DNA of 21,025 nucleotides from a virus (Duplodnaviria; Heunggongvirae; Uroviricota; Caudoviricetes): IMG/VR virus record IMGVR_UViG_2534681835_000014, positions 1 to 21,025 of that record; one strand, 5' to 3'. Shown piece by piece: positions 8,406 to 15,706 of this stretch (position 1 is its first letter; each line of letters starts with the position of its first letter). The notes under the pieces were generated by a model. It saw only the letters and a program-made list of their open reading frames with translations, ran no database searches and was not told where the DNA came from. The position numbers and the translations under genes were made by a program.

Positions 8406-8771
8406 ATGCATAACCTGTCAATTTCTGACCTTAACTGCATTCAGTTTGACGAGAAATTTACCGGGCAGCTACTGGTCCATGTGGAGAACGGGCGCATAGT
8501 GCGTAATTACCACCTGCCGGATGGTGCAATTGCCGGAAGCGTTGAAGCATTGCTGGAACTGGCAGAACGTGCGCGACTGATTAAGCCGTTAACGAACCAT
8601 CACGATGATGATCTGCATTTTACCGGACGCATGGTGAGTCACTACGAAAACGGCGTCGAGGTATCCCGCGAACGGCTGCGTGATGATTGCTGTTTCGGCA
8701 CACTGCCGGAATTTATCGAGTTGCTGACCAGTTGCGGGTATCAGGTCATTCAGGGGGGTAAACATGCGTGA
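8406..8771 (+). CDS. hypothetical protein (121 aa) with an internal two-fold repeat
   Basis: FTGQLLVHVENGRIVRNYHL...GSVEALLELAERARL and FTGRMVSHYENGVEVSRERL...GTLPEFIELLTSCGY are two copies of one motif. Start is 4 nt after the previous stop. Confidence 0.55.
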   Translation: MHNLSISDLNCIQFDEKFTGQLLVHVENGRIVRNYHLPDGAIAGSVEALLELAERARLIKPLTNHHDDDLHFTGRMVSHYENGVEVSRERLRDDCCFGTLPEFIELLTSCGYQVIQGGKHA

Positions 8772-8997
8772 TGATCGTTTTAATTCCCTGAAACGGGAAT
8801 TTGATGGCGCACAGGAAGATGCAGCGGGCGCATTGTTGAGCGTTGCTGGCATGATGAAAGCTGCATATTTTCTTATCAATACCAGTGGCTACAAGTCAGA
8901 GGGTGAAATGATTCTTAGTATTGCGTCAGACTATGCGGAATATGTGGCAGAGACGCGTTACAGAAGAAAATCCACGGAGGATGTAAGCCATGCATAA
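8764..8997 (+). CDS. hypothetical protein (77 aa)
   Basis: Start overlaps the upstream stop (translational coupling). GGGGG upstream. Confidence 0.45.
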   Translation: MRDDRFNSLKREFDGAQEDAAGALLSVAGMMKAAYFLINTSGYKSEGEMILSIASDYAEYVAETRYRRKSTEDVSHA

Positions 8998-9190
8998 TCA
9001 TGAAGCGCATGTACCCGTAGTGCTTAATGTGCCAGATGATTTCACCGGACGCGTACTGGTTTACCTGGATAAAGGGAAAGTGAAATCACAATGCCGACTG
9101 AAAAGTAATGAGATTGTTGGTTCTCCTGAATTTTTTTCTGAACTTTGTATTCGTGCGGAAATAAAACCGGAACTGCTGACAGGAAAATAA
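8990..9190 (+). CDS. hypothetical protein (66 aa), single-copy paralogue of the repeat in 8406-8771
   Basis: MHN...FTGRVLVYLDKGKVKSQCRL...GSPEFFSELCIRAEI carries the same motif. RBS GGAGGA. Confidence 0.5.
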   Translation: MHNHEAHVPVVLNVPDDFTGRVLVYLDKGKVKSQCRLKSNEIVGSPEFFSELCIRAEIKPELLTGK

Positions 9191-9194
9191 AACC

Positions 9195-9485
9195 ATGAAA
9201 AAGAAAAATTCTGGCTTTACTGCCAGCGGTCTCTCTCGGCCTGAAATCAGACACGGAGATATTTACCGCGACACCAGACGTGGGGGACGAGTGGTTATTC
9301 GTCACGTTACGCCAGGCAATATCACCTACCGCCGTGAGGCTTACGAATATGACTGCGTAATGCCGCGCCGTCAGTTTGAGCGTGATTTTATTCTGGTTGA
9401 AAACAAACAACAGGCGGTGGCGAGACGTGCAGCCACGAATATTAAAAAAATCCGGGCAATGTTGGTTGCAGGGGGTAAGAAATGA
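9195..9485 (+). CDS. hypothetical basic protein (96 aa) immediately upstream of the primase
   Basis: Tightly packed in the operon; its stop overlaps the primase start. Confidence 0.45.
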   Translation: MKKKNSGFTASGLSRPEIRHGDIYRDTRRGGRVVIRHVTPGNITYRREAYEYDCVMPRRQFERDFILVENKQQAVARRAATNIKKIRAMLVAGGKK

Positions 9486-11287
9486 AACTGGCACCGAACT
9501 TAAAAAAACAGCCACACGACAAAATGACCGAAGTCATTATTTTTGCGGGTAGTGATGCCTGGGCGCACGCGAAACAATGGCAGGAACAGGACGGGCGACT
9601 TGCTGGCGACAACGTGCCACCTGTATGGCTTGGAGACAGCCAGCTTGACGAACTGGCAGACCTGAAAATTATCGACGATGGTCGCTATTGTGTCCGGCTG
9701 TACAAGGCAGGCCACATCAAGCCGTCAAATATTAATGCCATCGGGCAAAAGCTGGCGGTGGCAGGTGTACGGGATGCGAATTATTACCCTGAGGGAATGC
9801 ACAGCCAGAAGCGGGAGAACTGGCACGAATATCTGGAGCGTGAGCGCCAGAATCTTTCTGATGGTCTGGTTATTCAGCTTCCTGTTAAGAAAAAAACAGA
9901 AGACAGCGCCGCACCACTGGCGCTTAACCAGATGGGAGCAAGCCAGCGCGGCGAAGTTCTCCTGGCACGTTATGGCGGTGAACTGGCAATCAATGCGGAC
10001 TCTGACACCGTTCACCACTACAACGGCGTTGTATGGGAGCCAGTACAGGATAAAGAGTTACAGCGGGCTATGGCGCAGATTTTTATTGATGCGGAGATCA
10101 GTTATTCGCAGAACGCCATCAAATCGGCGGTCGATACCATGAAGTTAAGTTTGCCCGTAATGGGGAATGCCGCCCGTAACCTGATTGGATTCAGTAACGG
10201 TGTTTTTGATACCCGGACAGGCGATTTTCGGGAGCATGACAAAAACGACTGGCTGTTAATTGCCAGTGAATTACCGTTCAGCCCGCCAGCAGAGGGGGAA
10301 ACGCTGGCAACGCATGCGCCGAATTTCTGGAAATGGTTGCGCCGTTCGGTGGCAGAGAATGACCGTAAAGCGGATCGCGTACTGGCGGCGTTATTCATGG
10401 TGCTGGCGAACCGATGCGACTGGCAGTTATTTCTTGAGGTAACGGGGGCGGGTGGAAGCGGTAAAAGCGTAATGGCAGAGATTTGCACCATGCTGGCGGG
10501 TAAGGCCAACACGGTATCGGCAAGCATGAAGGCGCTGGAAGATGCCAGGGAACGCGCGTTAGTGGTTGGCTTTTCGCTGATTATCATGCCGGATATGACC
10601 CGCTACGCTGGTGATGGCGCAGGAATTAAGGCCATTACAGGCGGTGACAAGGTGGCAATCGACCCGAAGCATAAAGCCCCCTACTCAACACGCATTCAGG
10701 CGGTCGTGTTGGCGGTGAACAATAACGCCATGTCATTCAGTGACCGCAGCGGGGGAATCTCACGTCGTCGGGTGATATTCAATTTTTCGGAGGTTGTACC
10801 GGAAAACGAACGCGACCCCATGCTGGCAGAAAAAATAGAAGGAGAGCTGGCGGTTGTGATTCGTCACCTGCTTACTCGTTTTTCTGACCAGGGCGAAGCT
10901 AAACGCCTGCTGTATGAGCAGCAGAAATCAGAAGAAGCTCTGGTGATAAAACGCGAGGGCGATTCGCTGGTGGACTTCTGCGGCTATCTCATGTCGTCGG
11001 TAATGTGTGATGGTCTGTTAGTGGGTAATGCCGAAATTATTCCGTTCAGTCCGCGCAGGTATCTTTATCACGCCTATCTGGCATATATGAGGGCACATGG
11101 ATTCGGTAAACCTGTAACACTGACGCGCTTCGGTAAAGATATGCCGGGGGCAATGGCGGAATATGGCAGGGAGTATATGAAACGGAAAACGAAGCACGGT
11201 TTGCGTTCAAATGTGACCCTGACAGAGGATTCAGAAGACTGGATGCCATCATGTGCATCGGTCACAAATGACGATGGAAAAAATTAA
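9482..11287 (+). CDS. replication initiator: primase/helicase of the P4-alpha / D5 type
   Basis: 601 aa. Walker A EVTGAGGSGKSV in the C-terminal half and a hydrophobic-acidic Walker B-like LIIMPD. Followed directly by a TGTTCACC iteron array, as in P4 alpha-ori. Confidence 0.8.
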   Translation: MKLAPNLKKQPHDKMTEVIIFAGSDAWAHAKQWQEQDGRLAGDNVPPVWLGDSQLDELADLKIIDDGRYCVRLYKAGHIKPSNINAIGQKLAVAGVRDANYYPEGMHSQKRENWHEYLERERQNLSDGLVIQLPVKKKTEDSAAPLALNQMGASQRGEVLLARYGGELAINADSDTVHHYNGVVWEPVQDKELQRAMAQIFIDAEISYSQNAIKSAVDTMKLSLPVMGNAARNLIGFSNGVFDTRTGDFREHDKNDWLLIASELPFSPPAEGETLATHAPNFWKWLRRSVAENDRKADRVLAALFMVLANRCDWQLFLEVTGAGGSGKSVMAEICTMLAGKANTVSASMKALEDARERALVVGFSLIIMPDMTRYAGDGAGIKAITGGDKVAIDPKHKAPYSTRIQAVVLAVNNNAMSFSDRSGGISRRRVIFNFSEVVPENERDPMLAEKIEGELAVVIRHLLTRFSDQGEAKRLLYEQQKSEEALVIKREGDSLVDFCGYLMSSVMCDGLLVGNAEIIPFSPRRYLYHAYLAYMRAHGFGKPVTLTRFGKDMPGAMAEYGREYMKRKTKHGLRSNVTLTEDSEDWMPSCASVTNDDGKN

Positions 11288-11296
11288 CTTATGGAA

Positions 11297-11521
11297 TAAC
11301 TGTTCACCACTGTTCACCCTGCAATAAATGTCTTTTATATCAGTATATTATAGGGTGAGCAGTTATTTATGAACTGTTCACCAAACTATTCACTGTTCAC
11401 CTTTTTGATTCTTTATTGAGCTTTAAGGGTGAACAGTGGTGAACAGTTGGTGAATAGTTTTTGTGAAACTGTTCACCCCTTAACATTATGAATAAAAAGG
11501 GAAAATTGCAAAAGGTGAACA
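11297..11521. repeat. replication origin iterons (TGTTCACC / GGTGAACA, at least 8 perfect copies)
   Basis: TGTTCACC at 11301, 11311, 11375, 11394, 11469; GGTGAACA at 11428, 11438, 11514; plus degenerate copies. Often extended to aCTGTTCACC. AT-rich spacers. Confidence 0.75.
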
Positions 11522-11573
11522 GGTGAAGGGTTGAAATGCAAAAATTTTATTTTATTGCTGTGAGGTAAAGCCT

Positions 11574-11819
11574 GTGACAACGAAGCACGCCAAAAAACCA
11601 CAATCTCACGCCCTTGATTTGACAGAACACTGGCTGAGGGTGGCGATAAAAATCATCGACCGCAACGCCGGGGAAGGATACGCGAAAGCACATCCCGAAC
11701 TGATAAGCGCATTCATGACCACGACGGCGGCAAACTTTGCCACGCTGACAGAACGGGAGATTGCCGAAGCGGAACAGGTAACAACCATCAACGTTAAAAC
11801 CGGAGAGGTGGAATCATGA
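11574..11819 (+). CDS. hypothetical protein (81 aa)
   Basis: GTG start 11574. Stop overlaps the start of the SSB-like gene. Confidence 0.4.
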   Translation: MTTKHAKKPQSHALDLTEHWLRVAIKIIDRNAGEGYAKAHPELISAFMTTTAANFATLTEREIAEAEQVTTINVKTGEVES

Positions 11820-12238
11820 CAGCACAGATAGCAGCTTACGGGCGGCTGGTGGACGACCCGCAGGTAAAACAGACCAGCAAGGGCACACCAATGACGCTGG
11901 CACGTATGGCGGTATCGTTGCCATGTAGTCAGGCGCAGGATGGGCAGGCTACGTTATGGCTATCGGTGATGGCATTTGGCAGACAGGCCGAAGCACTGGA
12001 AAGGCACCGCAAGGGTGAACTCCTGAGCGTGGCGGGTAACATGCAGATCAGCCAGTGGACTGGGCAGAACGGAGAAACGCGGCAGGGCTGGCAGGTTATC
12101 GCAGACAGTGTAATCAGTGCGCGAACGGCGCGACTGGGCGGCAAAAAAGGTCAACAGGGCCAGGCTACTGACGCGCTGAACAGGGCAAAACAACAGGCGG
12201 GGAATGATGATCCGTACGGGGATAACATACCGTTTTAA
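11816..12238 (+). CDS. single-stranded DNA-binding protein-like (OB fold with acidic C-terminal tip)
   Basis: 140 aa. OB-fold-like core (...WLSVMAFGRQAEALERHRKGELLSVAGNMQISQWTGQNGETRQGWQV), Gly/Gln-rich linker, C-terminus DDPYGDNIPF resembling the SSB DDDIPF tip. Confidence 0.7.
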   Translation: MTAQIAAYGRLVDDPQVKQTSKGTPMTLARMAVSLPCSQAQDGQATLWLSVMAFGRQAEALERHRKGELLSVAGNMQISQWTGQNGETRQGWQVIADSVISARTARLGGKKGQQGQATDALNRAKQQAGNDDPYGDNIPF

Positions 12239-12254
12239 GCGACGAGTGACAGAA

Positions 12255-12276
12255 GCCGGAGCAATCCGGCTTTTTT
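12255..12276 (+). terminator. rho-independent terminator after the SSB-like gene
   Basis: GCCGGA-GCAA-TCCGGC hairpin followed by T6. Confidence 0.7.
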
Positions 12277-12436
12277 GCGGGTCCTCCTGGTGGGGTGGGC
12301 CTGAACACGAGGCGGAGGGGCGCGGAAAGAGGCGCATTTTTTGATTTTTATGGCACCATCACCACCACTATAAGTTATTGATATGTTGAGAAATAAAAAT
12401 TTTTAGTGTCGAATCAGGTTGTTTTTTGTTCATCAC
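12277..12436. repeat. cos-like site copy 2 (inside the satellite): variant cosN-like core, helper-like downstream arm
   Basis: About 90% identical by eye to 3781-3951 over ~160 bp. The GC-rich core reads ACGAGGCGGAGGGGCGCGG versus ACGGGGCGGGCGGCGCGG in copy 1. Confidence 0.6.
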
Positions 12437-12704
12437 CGGAACGTTCCCGAAAACATTTACAAAAAACAGGCGCAAAAAAAGCGCCCCCGATTGCTGTTAC
12501 CGGAGGCGCTTTTACACGACAAAGGAGTTTTTATCGCCAGGATGACGAGTCTTAATACTGTTTCAATGGCAAAAATGCGTCAATAACTTTGCCTTTCTGA
12601 GAATAATCAGAAAAATCATAATCTGATTTTCAGGTAGAAAATTATTTATCTATTACTTTTATCGATCAATAATGATGCCCGTTAATCAAAACGGAGGCGG
12701 ATTT

Positions 12705-12899
12705 ATGCCAGAGAACAACACCAGAAAGCCGGATAAAAGTGCCACGGTACACATAGACGCCGGAACTATGGAGAAGATCGAACGCTATCAGCAGTTCATC
12801 AAAGATAATCACCCGGGTATGCCAGTACCCACGAAAGGACAAATCACACGCAGCGCGGTTGAATACTGGTACAGGGCAACGTTAGGGGTCTGGCTATGA
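12705..12899 (+). CDS. hypothetical protein (64 aa) translationally coupled to the satellite capsid gene
   Basis: ATG 12705 with GGAGG 7 nt upstream. Stop overlaps the ATG at 12896. Confidence 0.45.
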   Translation: MPENNTRKPDKSATVHIDAGTMEKIERYQQFIKDNHPGMPVPTKGQITRSAVEYWYRATLGVWL

Positions 12900-14785
12900 A
12901 AACATGGTTTTCCATTAAGGCTATGGCAGATGTTGTCTATGTGCGCATTTATGACGAGATCGGCGGGTACGGTGTAAAAGCATCGGCACTTACTGACGAG
13001 ATCAACGCGTGTGGTTATGCGTCTGAAATCCATCTTCGCATCCATTCACCTGGTGGCGACATCTTTGAAGGGCTGGCTATCTATAACGCCCTGAAAAATC
13101 ATCCGGCAAAGAAAATTGTACACATTGAAGGCATGGCGGCTTCTATGGCCTCGTTTATTGCCATGTGTGGCGATCACATCGTTATGCCTGAAAACGCGAT
13201 GATGATGATACATGCCCCCCGTGGTGTTACTGCCGGAGTGTCGGGCGACGTTCGCCGCTTTGCTGACCTGATGGACAAGCTGGGCGACACGATGGCGGAA
13301 ACCTACGCCGGAAGAACGGGCAGGAGCAAACAGGAAATCACCGCCATGATGGAGGCGGAAACCTGGATGGATGGCAATGAGTGTAAGGCTAACGGCTTCG
13401 CAGATGAGGTTATACCCGCGATTACAGCAATGGCCCGAATTGAATCAAAACGAATCGGAGATTTTTCAAATATGCCGGAAAAAATTAAAAGCATGATCAG
13501 CCAGAAAACTACCAGTGGCGAACAGGAACGACTTAACGGCATCCGTGAATTGTTTGGCACGTTCAACGGAAGATATAACGACCTGGCTATAAGTTGTCTT
13601 GCTGATTCAGAATGTAGCGTTGAGAATGCACGCGAACGCCTTTTACTCGCTATGGGTAAAGAATCAACGCCAACAAACAAAACCACCCCCGCAAATCTTT
13701 ACTACGCGTACACGGATAACGGCAACATAACCGGCGATGCAATGCGCCAGGGGCTTAATGCGCGTCTTGGTCACGAACGGGCCGAACGCGGTAATCCTTA
13801 CGCCATGATGAGCCTTTTCGATATGGCACAGGCATCATTAACCCATCGTGGTATAAGCACGGGCAGCTACGGCACACGCTCGCAGATAGTAAACGCGGCA
13901 TTCACCCACAGCAGCAGCGATTTTACCGATATTCTTGCTGGTGGCGCTGAAAAATCAGTGCTTGCAGGCTGGGAGCACAGCGGCGAAACATTCCGCCAGT
14001 GGACGAAAAAAGGTTCCCTTTCAAACTTCCGGGAAGCCCGCCGCGTTGGTATGAATGGCTTCTCAACGTTAAACAAAGTGCCGGAAGGGGCAGAATATAA
14101 ATACATCACCACCAGCGATCGCGGTGAACCCATCGCGCTGGCTACTTACGGGAATATTTTCAGCATTACCCGCCAGGCGATAATCAATGATGACCTTGAT
14201 CAGTTATCAACGGTGCCAATGGCTATGGGCCGTGCAGCATCAAGAACGGTGGGAAATCTGGTTAATCTGGTGCTTACAGGCAACGTAAAACTTTCTGACG
14301 GAATAGCGCTGTTTGACAAAAAACACAGCAACCTGATTGAAGCAGGACTGACAACACCGGGACTTAGTGCAGCACGTCACCTGATGCGCACACAGAAGGA
14401 CAAAAATGGCGAAGTGCTGAATATTGCGCCTAAATTCCTTTTAGTTCCGGCAGCACTGGAAGATCGCGCGTTGCAGATGATTAACTCAACCGCACCTTTC
14501 GGGGCTGATAAAAACAGCGGGATCTTTAACCCGTATCACAAGCTACTTGATATCATCGTCGATCCCCGCCTTGATGATATCAGCGAAAAACAATGGTACA
14601 TGCTTTCCGCACAGGGAACGGACACAATCGAGGTGGCTTATCTTGATGGCAATGACGAGCCTTACCTTGAACAGCAGGAAGGTTTTATCGTTGACGGCGT
14701 GGCCTGGAAAGTCCGTATTGATGCAGGTGTGGCAGCTCTGGATTATCGCGGTATGGTCAAATCAGGCGGGACAGATTCACTATGA
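12896..14785 (+). CDS. satellite-encoded fusion of ClpP-like prohead protease and HK97-fold major capsid protein
   Basis: 629 aa. N-terminus has EIHLRIHSPGGDIFEGLAIYNALKNH (ClpP-like). C-terminus has EGAEYKYITTSDR and ATYGNIFSITRQAIINDDL, shared with the helper gene at 18476-20500. Confidence 0.85.
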   Translation: MKTWFSIKAMADVVYVRIYDEIGGYGVKASALTDEINACGYASEIHLRIHSPGGDIFEGLAIYNALKNHPAKKIVHIEGMAASMASFIAMCGDHIVMPENAMMMIHAPRGVTAGVSGDVRRFADLMDKLGDTMAETYAGRTGRSKQEITAMMEAETWMDGNECKANGFADEVIPAITAMARIESKRIGDFSNMPEKIKSMISQKTTSGEQERLNGIRELFGTFNGRYNDLAISCLADSECSVENARERLLLAMGKESTPTNKTTPANLYYAYTDNGNITGDAMRQGLNARLGHERAERGNPYAMMSLFDMAQASLTHRGISTGSYGTRSQIVNAAFTHSSSDFTDILAGGAEKSVLAGWEHSGETFRQWTKKGSLSNFREARRVGMNGFSTLNKVPEGAEYKYITTSDRGEPIALATYGNIFSITRQAIINDDLDQLSTVPMAMGRAASRTVGNLVNLVLTGNVKLSDGIALFDKKHSNLIEAGLTTPGLSAARHLMRTQKDKNGEVLNIAPKFLLVPAALEDRALQMINSTAPFGADKNSGIFNPYHKLLDIIVDPRLDDISEKQWYMLSAQGTDTIEVAYLDGNDEPYLEQQEGFIVDGVAWKVRIDAGVAALDYRGMVKSGGTDSL

Positions 14786-14791
14786 CAACAA

Positions 14792-14813
14792 GGCGGCACC
14801 AGCCGCCTTTTTT
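14792..14813 (+). terminator. rho-independent terminator after the satellite capsid gene
   Basis: GGCGGC-ACCA-GCCGCC hairpin followed by T6. Confidence 0.7.
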
Positions 14814-14895
14814 GCGGGTCCTCCTGGTGGGGTGGGCCTGAACACGGGGCGGGCGGCGCGGAAAAAAGCGCATTTTTGTGATTTTATCGTCATCA
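14814..14895. repeat. cos-like site copy 3 (inside the satellite): helper-identical core, diverged downstream arm
   Basis: CGGGTCCTCCTGGTGGGGTGGGCCTGAACACGGGGCGGGCGGCGCGG matches copy 1 except for one base (GGTGGGG versus GGTGTGG). Sequence after GCGCATTTTTG diverges but keeps a similar layout to about 14980. Confidence 0.6.
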
Positions 14896-15042
14896 TCATC
14901 ATGTGTGTAACCTGTTGTTTTTAATGTGGTTGATGCAAAAAAGATGATGGTTGTGGTTAATTTTTGTTCGACATCTTTTAGCGTGACAGATTCTTTACAA
15001 AAAATCTGAGCTTGTTTTCTTCACCAGCGCGATGGGGGCACA

Positions 15043-15324
15043 ATGACAGAAGCCGAAATACTGGGATTAATCCGCCGCGTCGCCGGAATCAGCCAGCAGG
15101 TTGACGAACAGGCCACGCAGCCGGACAGCATGACCGCAGATAATTATGTGCGTGTAGTGGTGGAGGTGATGCGCGGTGATGGTATCCAGCTTAATGATGT
15201 GGATATGCGCAATATACGAACCAGAGTCCTTGAGTTGCTGGCATACCGTCGCCGTTCTCAACAACGGAGGGAGAGCGCGAAAAATACTTACCAGTGGAAG
15301 ACGCCGGAACGGCTGCGGAGGTAA
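15043..15324 (+). CDS. hypothetical protein (93 aa) directly downstream of cos-like copy 3
   Basis: ATG 15043 with GGGGG upstream. Arg-rich C-terminus. Sits where a terS-type gene sits relative to cos in the helper. Confidence 0.45.
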   Translation: MTEAEILGLIRRVAGISQQVDEQATQPDSMTADNYVRVVVEVMRGDGIQLNDVDMRNIRTRVLELLAYRRRSQQRRESAKNTYQWKTPERLRR

Positions 15325-15369
15325 CTTGTTGATATTCCCGATAACGCAAAATTGCGTTGGCTGGTGGGT

Positions 15370-15481
15370 GAGTTGCAGATCTGCAACTCGATCATGAAAT
15401 TACGGAAACTACCCGTAGTTTGGGTAGTAAGAGCAACACCCAGATTTTGGGGCTTACTTGCGATACCCAAATAAAGGGTAT
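15370..15481. other. cluster of perfect palindromes/hairpins near the right end of the insert
   Basis: 20-bp perfect palindrome GAGTTGCAGATCTGCAACTC (15370-15389). Two TACCC-N7-GGGTA inverted repeats (ACTACCC...GGGTAGT 15408-15428; ATACCC...GGGTAT 15463-15481). Confidence 0.35.
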
Positions 15482-15694
15482 TGGTGGAAGAAATATCGTT
15501 TCTCATATGTGAGTTCCGAGAGCGGAATTCCGCCTCTGATTTGTCATTGTGATCATGCATAGCGGCAATAATTAATATTGCTTCCTTTTTTGCTTTTTTA
15601 TCGCTTAAGCAGGTACTAAATCTGGGACTATGTTGTAGGGGGCATAACTCAATAGTACCTTATAATCATTTAGTTACCTTTTATTTACTTCTTC

Positions 15695-15706
15695 TTGGAT
15701 GGAGGG
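15695..15706. repeat. right att core (direct repeat TTGGATGGAGGG)
   Basis: Exact 12-bp match to 5448-5459. Terminase homology resumes here in the same codon phase (W-M-E-G). Confidence 0.7.

Larger units (their letters stand above)
5448..15706. mobile_element. integrated P4/PICI-like phage satellite (~10.2 kb) inside the large terminase gene
   Basis: Bounded by a 12-bp direct repeat. Integrase and AlpA at the left end; primase/helicase, iteron origin and cos-like sites inside. Flanks join into one in-frame terminase ORF. The integrase end is markedly AT-rich. Confidence 0.75.

Noticed and set aside
11297-11521. CRISPR array as an explanation for the short repeats
   Set aside because: Repeats are 8-10 bp, irregularly spaced, in both orientations, directly downstream of a primase gene. 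That is an iteron origin, not a repeat-spacer array.
5448-15706. Insertion sequence or transposon as the nature of the 10 kb insert
   Set aside because: No transposase and no terminal inverted repeats. It has a tyrosine integrase plus AlpA and an in-phase 12-bp direct repeat, which indicates site-specific recombination.
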